Shown piece by piece: positions 10,915 through 21,731 of a stretch of DNA of 64,000 nt. The notes under the pieces were generated by a model. It searched no databases and had not been told where the DNA came from. It was given only the letters and a program-made list of their open reading frames with translations. Positions within the stretch are counted from its first letter, which is position 1. Every line of letters begins with the position of its first letter. The stretch lies in IMG/VR virus record IMGVR_UViG_3300035661_000001, positions 372,001 through 436,000 of that record; one strand, written 5' to 3'. Position numbers and translations under genes: made by a program.

Positions 10915-10918
10915 AGAT

Positions 10919-11743
10919 ATGCAAAAAATGATTAGTGAAGATGTAATTAAAAATGATCTGCTAAAATCTATTTCTGACAGATTTAATATAGAATATAATC
11001 ATTTAATTGAAGAATTTGATAAACTTAATAAATTACGATCTGTGAATAGCAAATATTCTTGTGATCATCATTTTTTTTCAAGAGACAATGAGCAATCTTT
11101 TTATTGGGCTGGATTTTTGGCTGCTGATGGCTGCGTATATAAAAGAGGAGAAAATAAAACATTAACAGTTTCTTTGGCGGAAAAAGATATCGATCATTTA
11201 CTGATGTTTAAAAGTCATATAAATTATGATGGAATTATTTATAGTTCAACATCAAAACATAGTTTGAAAAATCCAAAATGGAATGACTCTATCAAAAAAT
11301 CATTAAGTATATCTTCCGATTCAATTTTTAATGATCTTGAAAGATTTAATCTTGAACCAAATAAAACTAAAATATATACATTTCCTCAATGGCTAAAATC
11401 TCATCCACTTGTAAATCATTATATGCGAGGATATGTAGATGGAGATGGCTCATGGTTTGAAGATAAAAAAAGAGGTCGCATATGTTTTGAGTTGCGCGGC
11501 ACCAAAGAGTTTTTAAAAGATTATAAAGAAATTTTAGAATCAAATTTAGATATAGAATCAAGGACTTCAGTTACTACACCCGATAGTACTTCTAAAATAA
11601 AATATTATAGTAAACATTTAGTTCCACAAATTTCCGATTTTCTGTATAAAAACGCAACAATTTATTTGCAGAGAAAATATGATATTGCCATTAAAAGTAA
11701 AGATATAATAATTACCAGAAAAAGATATTTATATGATAAATAA
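10919..11743 (+). CDS. LAGLIDADG homing endonuclease (two motifs)
   Basis: YWAGFLAADGC and YMRGYVDGDGS. Confidence 0.85.
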   Translation: MQKMISEDVIKNDLLKSISDRFNIEYNHLIEEFDKLNKLRSVNSKYSCDHHFFSRDNEQSFYWAGFLAADGCVYKRGENKTLTVSLAEKDIDHLLMFKSHINYDGIIYSSTSKHSLKNPKWNDSIKKSLSISSDSIFNDLERFNLEPNKTKIYTFPQWLKSHPLVNHYMRGYVDGDGSWFEDKKRGRICFELRGTKEFLKDYKEILESNLDIESRTSVTTPDSTSKIKYYSKHLVPQISDFLYKNATIYLQRKYDIAIKSKDIIITRKRYLYDK

Positions 11744-12140
11744 AATAATTGAAGTTCATAACGATATTGATTATTTTGAAATTCAAAATATTTACAAAAA
11801 TATTGGGTACGAAATTATTGAGTATAATAATAAAAATATGTCAAAAGAATTTATGGCAGCATCTTTAATTAACAAAAATGATTATATTTTTGTTAATTGT
11901 AATAAGTACGGTTCGTTAAAAATTGAAGAAATTAAACATAAAACATCGAGCAGTTATTATACTTATTTAAATGAGGCTTATAAAAATAATAAAATCATTA
12001 CCAGATATGATGAGCCTAGATTTTTAAAAGTTGGATTTTGTATATTAGATAATGCTACTGCTAGATATCACTCTATTAAAAGTTTTAAACTAAATAATTA
12101 TTATGATTATATCAATCATATTAAAATAATTAACAGATAG
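11733..12140 (+). CDS. Hypothetical protein
   Basis: 135-aa ORF. Confidence 0.5.
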   Translation: MINKIIEVHNDIDYFEIQNIYKNIGYEIIEYNNKNMSKEFMAASLINKNDYIFVNCNKYGSLKIEEIKHKTSSSYYTYLNEAYKNNKIITRYDEPRFLKVGFCILDNATARYHSIKSFKLNNYYDYINHIKIINR

Positions 12141-12146
12141 ATCTGT

Positions 12147-12484
12147 ATGAAATATATTAAAAATAAGCCACTTAAAAAGAAGAAAAAGAAAGATTATCTA
12201 ATTGAAGATTGGTTTAGCGGCATAACTAAAGAAATTAAAAAACATTCTCAAGAAACAATGTTAGAATTTGATAGATTTATGCCGTGTAAAAAGAGGATAA
12301 ATTATCGATAGGTCTAGATAATGATACAATCATAGTAAAATCAAGATCTGTAGGATTTACAACTTTTAATCGCACGACAAGTTATTTGCCTTTACGAAGA
12401 TTAAATAAATATATTCTTTGTCATTCGGTAGAAGACTTCTGGTACAGGTGGAGCCGTTTTAAACGTTTGAAAGCATTTTTATGA
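12147..12484 (+). pseudogene. Frameshifted hypothetical gene ending RFKRLKAFL
   Basis: ATG 12147 frame stops near 12311; a different frame open from 12290 ends ...WSRFKRLKAFL*; one extra A in the A-run at 12288-12292 would fuse them. Confidence 0.45.
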
Positions 12485-12654
12485 AAATACAATTTGATGA
12501 TGGTAGTTATGTTGATTGTAAAAAAGATAATGATAAAATCATACTGATAATTTCTGCAAGAGATTATGAAAATCCTCGAAAGAAAATTAATAATACAGTC
12601 GAATTAACAATAGAAGAGTTTAAACAATTTATTTCGGATATTGAATTGATATGA
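12481..12654 (+). CDS. Small hypothetical protein (57 aa)
   Basis: Manual translation MKIQFDDGSYVDCKK...ISDIELI; ATGA overlaps at both ends. Confidence 0.6.
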   Translation: MKIQFDDGSYVDCKKDNDKIILIISARDYENPRKKINNTVELTIEEFKQFISDIELI

Positions 12655-13199
12655 AAGTATATGTATGCGGCGCCCATAGCTCTGGTAAAACGACCTTGGC
12701 TCGTTATATTTCTCAAACTTATAATCTACCACTCTTACCAGAAGTAGCTCGGCAGATATTATCAGAACAAGAATTGCATCTTGATTCATTGAGAACTGAT
12801 TTACACGTAGTTAATAACTATCAAACTTCTATTTTCTTCAGACAAATAGAACAAGAAGATAAATATAATGATTTTGTATCTGACAGAAGTTTTGATTGTT
12901 TAGCATATGCCGCTCAACATTCTAGTATCCTACCAATATTACTTAAATCTCCAGAATTATCAGAATATATCGATAAAATCAAAAAAACTAATTCTGTAGT
13001 TTTTTTTGTTAGACCATCACGAGCAACTATTAAACAAGATGGTATTAGAGAAACTGTTACTTGGGATGGTGTTGTAGCTATTGACGCTCAGGTCAAATTT
13101 TTGTGCGAGATGTTTGAAATCAAATATTTTCAAATAAGCACAGACAATATGCAGGAGCGAGTTAGATTAGTAGATGCCGTTTTATCTTTAAATAAATAA
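12651..13199 (+). CDS. P-loop nucleotide kinase / AAA_28 (NadR-like)
   Basis: GAHSSGKTT, EVAR, SDRS..D..AY. Confidence 0.75.
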   Translation: MKVYVCGAHSSGKTTLARYISQTYNLPLLPEVARQILSEQELHLDSLRTDLHVVNNYQTSIFFRQIEQEDKYNDFVSDRSFDCLAYAAQHSSILPILLKSPELSEYIDKIKKTNSVVFFVRPSRATIKQDGIRETVTWDGVVAIDAQVKFLCEMFEIKYFQISTDNMQERVRLVDAVLSLNK

Positions 13200-13257
13200 T
13201 CTATGCTAAAATTCCCATATAGTAAAGGTTCTTATACTTTATTCATATGGAGAGTTT

Positions 13258-14967
13258 ATGACAGTAGATGACGACATTTCTGAAATAGAACAAGAATTAG
13301 GTACGAACCCTAGCGGAGTATATGATACCGTCCGTGCTAGATTAGATATCCTCGAAGCTAGAATAAATAATCCATTAGCCCCGTCTCCAGATGTTGAGAA
13401 TCCTTTTATTATTGGTGGCACAGGTGTGACCATTAGTACTGGAACAGGTTATCCTACAGAAGACAGGGTAGATGGATCTATTTATTTGAGACAGGATGGA
13501 TATGGCATTTATTCTAGAATAAATGGTCAATGGGATTCTATTCAGAATTTGGGTAATATTGTATTTGATGACGTTGATACTATGTCAAATACTGATACCA
13601 CCTATTTTAGTAATGGTTTTGAAGTAACTGTCAATTTTCCCAGACATATGTCCTGCGTTTTAGATAAAAATAGTATTATAACTCCAGATAATTTACGATA
13701 TTTTACAGCATCTCCGACCGGCGTATGGATTAGAGACATTTCAATAGGATGCCCTGGAGCAAATGAAGTGGCTGAATGGTTTGTCTCACCATCAGGAGAT
13801 GATAATAATGATGGATTAACTGATTTAACACCATTACAAACTATTGAAGAATTCCAATATAGAATTGGTCGACAATCTATAGATGGCAGTACTGTTGGGG
13901 TTGCTTTTGTTAATATTTTAGGTGATTATAGTGATGGAAGAGAATATTCATTTAACTTCAATTTTATTCACAGCGGCGCACTTGCGTTCTTAGGACAAAA
14001 AGTTTTACATGCAACATATACTGTCAGTGCTGTAACACCATGGAATGAAAATACTGGTGTCATAGGGGCTTATAGTTTAACTGGTGCCCCTAATTTATCT
14101 TCGTATGTTGGAATGTTTGCTAGAATTAGTGTGAGTACAAATCCGTCTGCAGTTGGTAGAAAAACATTGATCGTAAATACTCCGAGTACCGGAGTATTCA
14201 ATGGTAATTTTATTGATCAAGGATCTTTGCAAATTGCTGAACCAATTGTTGGTGATACAATTCAAATTTATATGCCGACTAAAATAGGAGGGAATATAAT
14301 TATTAATTCCAATCCAATTGTATTTAACAGTGGCGGCGGAGTATTTTTTCAAGATTTAGACTTGGGCATTATTGATTCAGACCATAGTACTACAATAGGA
14401 TCAGGGGTAGCATCATTCATAGCATGTATTCTTAGAGGTTGTGATATTGAACCAGGCGTTAATATGTGTCAACTTTCTTTATGCGCGACATATGATTTAA
14501 GAGCATATGGATACTTGACCATGTACGGTACTATTATGCAAAGTGGAGGTGGATCTTTATTAGCCGTTCGTGGTGGTGCTGTAGCGAACTCATATACAAG
14601 ATCATGGGTTTATGGTGGCGGAATATCTGTTGGTCATAATGTTGATGGAAATGGTACTCTTAATACTCAGGATACATTTGTTATAAGTAGTGCTGGAAAT
14701 ATTCCAGGAACTGATGTTGTTATGGTAACAAGTAATTCACTTTTATTAATTAGTGATAAATTTTTACAGATAAATAATGGTACGACTGCTATTGGATTTC
14801 ATGTAAGACCTGGAGGAGGAGTATATTATCCAACAGTTACTTTACCTTTGTTTGCAGGTACAACTCCTACTATTAAATTCAAGATAGGTAGCACCGTGAC
14901 GTCTTCTTTAGGATCTGGTATTCGAGATACAAATAGTCGTGCCGAAATGGTTCCAGTCGATCCGTAA
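13258..14967 (+). CDS. Tail fibre / receptor-binding-like structural protein
   Basis: N-terminal IEQELGTNPSGVYDTVRARLD shared with the next gene; G.DxNDG motif; Gly/Thr/Ser-rich beta-type body. Confidence 0.6.
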   Translation: MTVDDDISEIEQELGTNPSGVYDTVRARLDILEARINNPLAPSPDVENPFIIGGTGVTISTGTGYPTEDRVDGSIYLRQDGYGIYSRINGQWDSIQNLGNIVFDDVDTMSNTDTTYFSNGFEVTVNFPRHMSCVLDKNSIITPDNLRYFTASPTGVWIRDISIGCPGANEVAEWFVSPSGDDNNDGLTDLTPLQTIEEFQYRIGRQSIDGSTVGVAFVNILGDYSDGREYSFNFNFIHSGALAFLGQKVLHATYTVSAVTPWNENTGVIGAYSLTGAPNLSSYVGMFARISVSTNPSAVGRKTLIVNTPSTGVFNGNFIDQGSLQIAEPIVGDTIQIYMPTKIGGNIIINSNPIVFNSGGGVFFQDLDLGIIDSDHSTTIGSGVASFIACILRGCDIEPGVNMCQLSLCATYDLRAYGYLTMYGTIMQSGGGSLLAVRGGAVANSYTRSWVYGGGISVGHNVDGNGTLNTQDTFVISSAGNIPGTDVVMVTSNSLLLISDKFLQINNGTTAIGFHVRPGGGVYYPTVTLPLFAGTTPTIKFKIGSTVTSSLGSGIRDTNSRAEMVPVDP

Positions 14968-15024
14968 TGATTAAAAATATCATAAACAATGAAATTAATA
15001 ACATTACACTATATAAGGTAATCA

Positions 15025-16455
15025 ATGTCAAATTATCCCGCACAAATAGATACTTCTCAATCTTTACCAACTGTTGTTGACGGACAGACCCCTGTAAGAG
15101 GGGCTCTTTTTAACAAGTTAAGAGATGCTGTAATAGCAATCGAATCAGAATTAGGTGTTAAGCCTAGTTCTATTTATTCAACTGTTAAAAACAGATTAGA
15201 TGTAATTGATACAAATATCACTACTATTTCTTCTATTAATTTAAATGGAGATGTTGTTGGTCCATTTAATAATACTCAAATAACTTCTTTAAGTGGAAGA
15301 CCATTATCATCAGCTGCCCCGACTTTAAATCAAGTTCTGGGCTGGGACGGTCTTGCATGGTCTCCTTTTACCGCAACTTATACTGGTGTGGTTGGTGGAG
15401 ATTTATCTGGAACTGTTAGTAATGCGCAGATAATTTCTATTCGTGGTCAAGCAGTTGGTAATGTTGGTCCTAATGATGGTGACGTTTTCACTTATATTGG
15501 TTCAACTTGGGACGCCGCGCCTCCTACTACTAATTTTGGTACTCAAACTATAACTGCTAATGGACTTACTTCTACTTCTATTACTGGTTTAACCATTTCA
15601 TCTAATACTGGCGATGTAAATATCTTTTCATCAACGAATACATTCCTTGATGGTCAAACTATTTATGTAGATGCTAGCATAAATTTCAATTTACAATCTA
15701 ATTCAAATACTGTTTTGAATTCAGATAACAATACTACAATCAGTGCTGGTGGAGTTTTAGCTGTTAGCACTGGACTTGACCTTAATATACAAGTTAATAC
15801 CAATATTGATATCCAAACTGATACTATGGGTATCACTACTGGCGGGGCTTTTGTTTTAAGTGGCGGTAATGGTATTACTATTTCTAATCAAGGAGGAAAT
15901 CCACTCTTACTTAATGATCCTGCTGGAGGTGGAATTACTATTGATTGCAGCGGCGGCGGTAATTTTCTTATTACTGCAGGTTCAGGAACAACACTTGATA
16001 CCACAGTACTTGAATTAACTAATGGCGCAGCCAGTCCTATTGTTATAGTTGCTCAACAAACCACTGCTACAACTGGATATAATTTTAGTATTTTAGGATC
16101 TGATTCTTCTGCAGCCTTATCTACTGGTGGAACAATTAAACTTATTCCTGGAACGGGAACAAGTTTTTTTGGCAACATAGCTTTTAATAGCGGTCCATCT
16201 TCAGCGGCTGGAACCGCTGGCGGCTCTAAAATAATTTGGATTGGGGATCGTTCTACAGCTCCAGGAACAAATCCTGCTGGTGGATTTATTTTCTATTCTG
16301 AATCCGGAGTAGCTAAAATTCGTTCTGCAGGAAATACAGTGACATTGGGTGACAAACCATCTGTCACTGGCTCTAAAGTTTCGGGCGCGGCACTAGCAAG
16401 CTTATTAACAGTTCTTGCCGCGGCAGGTTTAATTACTGATAACACTGTAGCGTAA
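15025..16455 (+). CDS. Tail fibre-like structural protein
   Basis: MSNYPAQID start, IESELGVKPSSIYSTVKNRLD, two (L/V)xGD(V/L)xG...QI.S..G repeats, C-terminal LASLLTVLAAAGLITD. Confidence 0.65.
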   Translation: MSNYPAQIDTSQSLPTVVDGQTPVRGALFNKLRDAVIAIESELGVKPSSIYSTVKNRLDVIDTNITTISSINLNGDVVGPFNNTQITSLSGRPLSSAAPTLNQVLGWDGLAWSPFTATYTGVVGGDLSGTVSNAQIISIRGQAVGNVGPNDGDVFTYIGSTWDAAPPTTNFGTQTITANGLTSTSITGLTISSNTGDVNIFSSTNTFLDGQTIYVDASINFNLQSNSNTVLNSDNNTTISAGGVLAVSTGLDLNIQVNTNIDIQTDTMGITTGGAFVLSGGNGITISNQGGNPLLLNDPAGGGITIDCSGGGNFLITAGSGTTLDTTVLELTNGAASPIVIVAQQTTATTGYNFSILGSDSSAALSTGGTIKLIPGTGTSFFGNIAFNSGPSSAAGTAGGSKIIWIGDRSTAPGTNPAGGFIFYSESGVAKIRSAGNTVTLGDKPSVTGSKVSGAALASLLTVLAAAGLITDNTVA

Positions 16456-16495
16456 AATCCTACTAATAATGATATATGTAATGTAGAAGTTTTTC

Positions 16496-17245
16496 ATGGA
16501 GAGAATACATTACATATATAAAATTACAAATCGAATAAACAATAAAGTTTACATAGGACAAACAGTTTCTGTGAAACATAGATGGCAAGATCATAAGAGA
16601 GCGATGAAAAAACCTATTCAAATAATACATCATGCATTTGTAAAGTATGGATTGGATGCTTTTATATTTGAAGTAATTGCTACCTGTATTGGACAAGATG
16701 CGGCTAATGATACAGAAACATCCTGTGTATCACAAGAAAATTCATTAGTGCCAAATGGGTATAATGTAACTAATGGCGGTTATAACGCTCCAAAAACTCC
16801 AGAATGGATATCCTCTATGACTGGACCTAATAATCCTAATTACGGTAAACCAATATCAGAAGAACAAAAAAAGAAATGCCAGAAAACCATTAGTAATAGA
16901 GTTCTTTCAGATGAAGATAGAAAAAAATTGGGCGCTGCAAACGTAGGTAATACTTATAGTTTGAGAAGAAAGGCTTCTGATGAAACCAAAAAGAAACTAT
17001 CAGAATCTCACATGGGTCAAAAAGCTTGGAATAAAGGTATTCCAATGTCTGAAGAAGCTAAAGAAAAATCAAGATCTAAACCACGTCCTGGTTGGAATAA
17101 AGGTAAATCTATTTTTACCAAAGAGCAAATTGAAATAGCCATAAAAATGAGAGACGAAGGAAAATCATATAGTGAAATTGGTCTCATTATAGGTTGCAGC
17201 CGTCAACATATCACAACACTAATACTTAAAGGGAAACATAAATAA
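16496..17245 (+). CDS. GIY-YIG homing endonuclease with NUMOD3-like repeats
   Basis: YIYKITN..NNKVYIGQT..RW..H; GYN; SEE.K.K.S and WNKG repeats; terminal HTH. Confidence 0.88.
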   Translation: MERIHYIYKITNRINNKVYIGQTVSVKHRWQDHKRAMKKPIQIIHHAFVKYGLDAFIFEVIATCIGQDAANDTETSCVSQENSLVPNGYNVTNGGYNAPKTPEWISSMTGPNNPNYGKPISEEQKKKCQKTISNRVLSDEDRKKLGAANVGNTYSLRRKASDETKKKLSESHMGQKAWNKGIPMSEEAKEKSRSKPRPGWNKGKSIFTKEQIEIAIKMRDEGKSYSEIGLIIGCSRQHITTLILKGKHK

Positions 17246-17730
17246 TGAGACACATGGATATTTTAGCTGATCATTTCGAATATAGATTAAAAAAAGAAGC
17301 TCAAGCTGCTAAAGAAGTAGATAGTACTAGCGTTACTTTGGCTGTTAGACCAAACGTTAATGCAATTATTTCTCAAAATCCTACATTGGCAAATCTTGTA
17401 CAAAATATTGCTAATAAAATTGTAGCAACTAATCCTAGTTTAAGAGGAGATTTGGCAATCAATTCTTTTATTGTTAATGCTAATTTAGTTGGCGGAAAAT
17501 GGAAGATCAATCCAGCTACGAGCGGATTTAAAATTACCGGATCGTTAATGAAAGATAAAGCCGTACCAACGATTGTTAAAAATACGTTATCATCATTGAA
17601 TGCAAAAATTTTCGCTAAATTGGAACAAGAATTTAATAGACAATCATCTATGGATAAAGAAGGTTGGGCTGGAACAACGATCACAAATCATGAATCAGAA
17701 ATTAGTGGTAACGATTTTCAATTAAATTGA
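17245..17730 (+). CDS. Hypothetical protein
   Basis: 161-aa ORF. Confidence 0.6.
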   Translation: MRHMDILADHFEYRLKKEAQAAKEVDSTSVTLAVRPNVNAIISQNPTLANLVQNIANKIVATNPSLRGDLAINSFIVNANLVGGKWKINPATSGFKITGSLMKDKAVPTIVKNTLSSLNAKIFAKLEQEFNRQSSMDKEGWAGTTITNHESEISGNDFQLN

Positions 17731-17743
17731 ATAATCTTGTCAG

Positions 17744-17791
17744 CCCTACGATATAATATGGATGTAATATCTAATATATCGTAGGGTTTTT
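17744..17791 (+). terminator. 12-bp inverted repeat with T-tail immediately upstream of a gene
   Basis: CCCTACGATATA (17744-17755) / TATATCGTAGGG (17775-17786), followed by TTTTT. Confidence 0.5.
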
Positions 17792-17793
17792 GT

Positions 17794-19002
17794 ATGAGTA
17801 ATTTTGATATCGGTATCATCGGCGCTGGAGTAGCTGGAGCATTTGCTACCTTAAAGATAGCTAAAGATTATAAAAATGCTAAAGCTATTGTTTTTGATTT
17901 AGGAAGACCGCCTATGAAAAGGCGTCGTCAACTAGAAGGTTGGCTTGGATGCCTACCCAATAGTGATGGCAAATTGTACCTTAGCAACCTCGATAAGGTT
18001 GCCGAAGTTACAGGATTAAGAAAAGCTAAATCAGCTAACACTTGGATAAACAATGTGTTATCAAATATTGGATCATTCAAAACTGTTATCGATAAATCTC
18101 CATTAGTTTCAATGGAGAAAAAGATTAAAAAAAATGGTTATGATCTTTTTTTGAATGATTACACGCAAATATATCCTAAAGATATACATGCTTTATCTAA
18201 ACACATGGCTGAAACTATAGAGAATGCCGGTAACGTTACTTTTAATTTTGACAATGAAGTAAAAAAAGTCTACAAACAAAAAAATATGTTTGTAGTTGTA
18301 ACAGATAGCGGCGAATTTAAATGCAAAAAACTTATCGTAGCAGTTGGTAGAAGCGGTTGGAGATGGTGTCAATCATTATATTCTGATTTTGGAATCATAG
18401 ATAATAATGATGTTGCCAAATATGGTATTAGAATAGAATTAAACGCTTCTTACATGAAAGATTTTAATAAATCTAATTGCACACTTATAAAAAATGATAT
18501 TGAGATAGGACCTTTAAGTTGGTTTGGAACAGTTATTCCAGAAGATCATATTGATATGGCAATTTCATCTTTTAGATCAAATGAAAATCGTTGGAAAACT
18601 GATAAAGTATCTTTTAATTTAATAGGTAGCAGAGTGTTTCCTAATAAAGGTTTTGAACAAACTGATAGGTTAGGAAAATTAACATTTATTCTATCTAACG
18701 ATCGTATCATCAAAGAAAAAGTGTCATTGCTTTTATCTGATAAAAGCAAAATATCTATTATTCCCGAATACGATTGGTTAAAAGATCCTATTAAAGATTT
18801 TTCTACAGTTCTACCAGAAATCATGACAAAAGCTTATTTTCATGTACCAACAATTATCCCAATGATTCCTAAGATCAATATTGGCTCCGATTTATCTACT
18901 GAAATTGATGGTATGTTCGTTGCTGGAGAAAGCGCAGGAATTACTGGTATATTATCAGCAGCAACTACAGGCGCCATCGCCGTAGATAGTATCTGCAAAT
19001 GA
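17794..19002 (+). CDS. FAD-dependent oxidoreductase
   Basis: IIGAGVAG Rossmann motif, SDGKL, AVGRSG, GMFVAGE.AG..GI..A. Confidence 0.8.
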   Translation: MSNFDIGIIGAGVAGAFATLKIAKDYKNAKAIVFDLGRPPMKRRRQLEGWLGCLPNSDGKLYLSNLDKVAEVTGLRKAKSANTWINNVLSNIGSFKTVIDKSPLVSMEKKIKKNGYDLFLNDYTQIYPKDIHALSKHMAETIENAGNVTFNFDNEVKKVYKQKNMFVVVTDSGEFKCKKLIVAVGRSGWRWCQSLYSDFGIIDNNDVAKYGIRIELNASYMKDFNKSNCTLIKNDIEIGPLSWFGTVIPEDHIDMAISSFRSNENRWKTDKVSFNLIGSRVFPNKGFEQTDRLGKLTFILSNDRIIKEKVSLLLSDKSKISIIPEYDWLKDPIKDFSTVLPEIMTKAYFHVPTIIPMIPKINIGSDLSTEIDGMFVAGESAGITGILSAATTGAIAVDSICK

Positions 19003-19008
19003 GGAATT

Positions 19009-19383
19009 ATGACGGACACTTCTAAATATTGTAATACAACAGTCATCGTAGAACGACCACAAACAGCTGTTTTTGATGAATTTAAAGATCCACCAACAAA
19101 ACATAATCTAAGTAAATTTGAATATGATTTATATCATGAAGAAGATGATAAAGTTGAAAAAATCATTAGGATCAAAAGAGTTTCCATGCCCAACAAAGGT
19201 GAAAAATGGAAAATTTTTGAAAACAATACAGTAATGTTTATAGTTGAAAGCGAAAAGTTAACTAATAAAGAAAAAGATTTTTTATACTCCGTTGAAGGTG
19301 TGAATTTTTTACTTTCACAGTATAAACTTGGAATTAAATCTCTTAGCTCTTTAAAAGCAGAAATTAAGAAAAAAATTAAATAA
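19009..19383 (+). CDS. Hypothetical protein
   Basis: GAGG RBS, 124 aa. Confidence 0.65.
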   Translation: MTDTSKYCNTTVIVERPQTAVFDEFKDPPTKHNLSKFEYDLYHEEDDKVEKIIRIKRVSMPNKGEKWKIFENNTVMFIVESEKLTNKEKDFLYSVEGVNFLLSQYKLGIKSLSSLKAEIKKKIK

Positions 19384-19442
19384 TAGGCTGCTTGACTGTC
19401 GCAAAACTATGATTATATTGCTTGTCATTAAGGCAAACAACT

Positions 19443-20039
19443 ATGGAATATGTCATATATTTAACCGACACGGAAACCACTGGATTAGATAGTCATACTC
19501 ATGACATAATAGAATTATCTATGTATAGATTGAGCGATGATGTTCAAAAAACTTGGTTCCTTAAACCTTTAAATGCTGATGCCGCTGAACAAGGCGCTCT
19601 TAGAATAAATGGTCATAAAATAGAGGATTTAAAACTAGAAACCAAATATGGTAGAGATACGTATAAAGATCCTGCTAAAACTATTATTGAAATAGAAAAT
19701 TGGATTGAAGAAGATGGCGTTCCGTCCGAACGTCGAATCATATGTGGACACAATATTCATTTTGATAAAATGATGTTGGAACAACTTTGGATTAAATGCA
19801 AATCATCTGATTCTTATCCATTGAGTCGTCGTAGAATGCTGGATACAATGCAAATTGAATTCTTTTTAGATATGTGCAAAGGATCTATGGCAGAAGGATA
19901 TAGTTTGAGCAATTTAGTAAAAAAATATGGAGTTAAGAACGAAAAAGCTCACTCTGCATTTGCTGATACTAAAGCAACTAAAGAAGTATTTGTTAAACAA
20001 GTAGAAATTTTTAAAAAGATACTAGAGGCTAATAAATGA
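19443..20039 (+). CDS. DEDDh 3'-5' exonuclease (DnaQ-like)
   Basis: DTETTG, GHNIHFD, LDT, AHSAFAD. Confidence 0.85.
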   Translation: MEYVIYLTDTETTGLDSHTHDIIELSMYRLSDDVQKTWFLKPLNADAAEQGALRINGHKIEDLKLETKYGRDTYKDPAKTIIEIENWIEEDGVPSERRIICGHNIHFDKMMLEQLWIKCKSSDSYPLSRRRMLDTMQIEFFLDMCKGSMAEGYSLSNLVKKYGVKNEKAHSAFADTKATKEVFVKQVEIFKKILEANK

Positions 20040-20200
20040 ATAATTGCAACATTGATAATCTTCCTTGTGAGTGGACAAATGAAGAAGATGAATTTGGAAA
20101 TTTATTTGTACTAGCAGAATCATGGAATTACACTTGTAAAAAATGTAAAAATCATATTGATTATTCTTCAGAGGAATATAAAAAACTTATAAATTGTTGA
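20036..20200 (+). CDS. Small Cys-rich hypothetical protein (54 aa)
   Basis: Manual translation; ATGA overlap with the exonuclease; CKKC. Confidence 0.5.
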   Translation: MNNCNIDNLPCEWTNEEDEFGNLFVLAESWNYTCKKCKNHIDYSSEEYKKLINC

Positions 20201-20210
20201 ATAAAATAAT

Positions 20211-20684
20211 ATGGCTGATTTTAATAAAAGATTTACTTCAAAAAAACAAGAGTGGACAACTCCAAGTTGTATTTTTGATAAATTAAATGAGGAATTTAAT
20301 TTTACGTTAGATTTGGCAGCAGATAAATTTAATACTAAATGTGTTAAATTTTATGATGAAGATTCAAATAGTTTGATTCAAAAATGGACTGGTGTATGTT
20401 GGTTAAATCCTCCATATGGTAATAGCAAATATAAATTATTAGATTTTATCAAAAAATCACATTTATCTTCTCAAGAAGATAAATGTGTTGTAGTAGCATT
20501 AATATCAGCTAGAACAAATACTAAATGGTGGCATGAATACTGCATGAAAGCTGCAGAAATAAGATTTATTTGCGGTAGACCAAAATTTGGAAACGCGGAT
20601 TACGGATTACCATTACCATTAGCTATTGTAATTTTCAAAAAACATGATATTGATACTATTTTTTCTTCATTTTATGTGAAATAA
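20211..20684 (+). CDS. Phage-type DNA N6-adenine methyltransferase
   Basis: EWTTP, LDLAA, WLNPPYG, ART.T.WW, IRFI.GR.KF. Confidence 0.88.
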   Translation: MADFNKRFTSKKQEWTTPSCIFDKLNEEFNFTLDLAADKFNTKCVKFYDEDSNSLIQKWTGVCWLNPPYGNSKYKLLDFIKKSHLSSQEDKCVVVALISARTNTKWWHEYCMKAAEIRFICGRPKFGNADYGLPLPLAIVIFKKHDIDTIFSSFYVK

Positions 20685-20689
20685 CAAAA

Positions 20690-21688
20690 ATGCCAGGTTT
20701 GAAAATATTATATGCAGCTAGCAACAATGAAAATTCTAAGTTAACACTACAAAGATTTCTTCAAGTTGCTAAAAGCAAACCATATAATATCAAAATTGCT
20801 GCTTACAAAAAATCAAGCCCTAATGTTAACATTGATTGGACCTTAGATGCTTGTTTAAATTTGTATCGACCAGAAAACTGGTCAGTAGAACAGAATGATA
20901 ATTTTTTAACATATTTCGAACAAATTAAATATTATGCTCCAGATCTCATTATTAGTGATCTGGAGTATTTTACTTCGTACGCCGGACATGTGTTAAACAT
21001 TCCTGTTTGGCAATGTAGTTCTTCTTTAATCAATTACGCATTGGTTAAAGAAGAGAAATATGATTTAGGAATATTTAAAAACTATTCATTTGTTACAAAT
21101 AAAAAATCCCCGTATAATCAAAAATTAATTAATATAATCGATAATTCTGAGAAGAATTACGTGTACTCCCATTTTGGAGATATGGCTTTTTCTCCCACTT
21201 TAAAAGATAATTTTGAATGGGTAAGACCTTATCATCAAGTTGGGAAATTTTCTATTCCATGCAAGCACAATATTGTTGCAAGCCTATTATCTAACAACAA
21301 AAAAATATTCTCTATTCTACAGAAATATTCTGATACGGTTGTATTTTCAGAATTTACGGATGAAACATACCGTAATATAAAAATGAAAAATATGATTTCC
21401 CAAGAAGAATATTATTGTAATTTATTTAACTCAAGATTGTTCGTTTGTGAAGGTCAAGCTAATTTACTTGCTGATGCCTTTTACAATCACAAATATTCTG
21501 TTGTCATTCCTAATTTTTCTACACCTGAGAGCGTGATCAATATGATCATTTCAGAGAAAAAAGGATACTGTTCTTGTGTATATGATGAAAGTATTGAATT
21601 AGAACAATATTCCGATTTTCATATCGATAGCCCTTATAATGATAAGGTTAATTTTCTACATGAAAAAATAGACGAATTTTATTCATGA
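20690..21688 (+). CDS. Glycosyltransferase-like (GT-B) protein
   Basis: KILYA start, PDLIISDLEY, L.EAFY..K-like segment. Confidence 0.5.
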   Translation: MPGLKILYAASNNENSKLTLQRFLQVAKSKPYNIKIAAYKKSSPNVNIDWTLDACLNLYRPENWSVEQNDNFLTYFEQIKYYAPDLIISDLEYFTSYAGHVLNIPVWQCSSSLINYALVKEEKYDLGIFKNYSFVTNKKSPYNQKLINIIDNSEKNYVYSHFGDMAFSPTLKDNFEWVRPYHQVGKFSIPCKHNIVASLLSNNKKIFSILQKYSDTVVFSEFTDETYRNIKMKNMISQEEYYCNLFNSRLFVCEGQANLLADAFYNHKYSVVIPNFSTPESVINMIISEKKGYCSCVYDESIELEQYSDFHIDSPYNDKVNFLHEKIDEFYS

Positions 21689-21731
21689 CCCGATATATCT
21701 ATTTTCGTGGAGTTTATAATTAAGGATTAAT

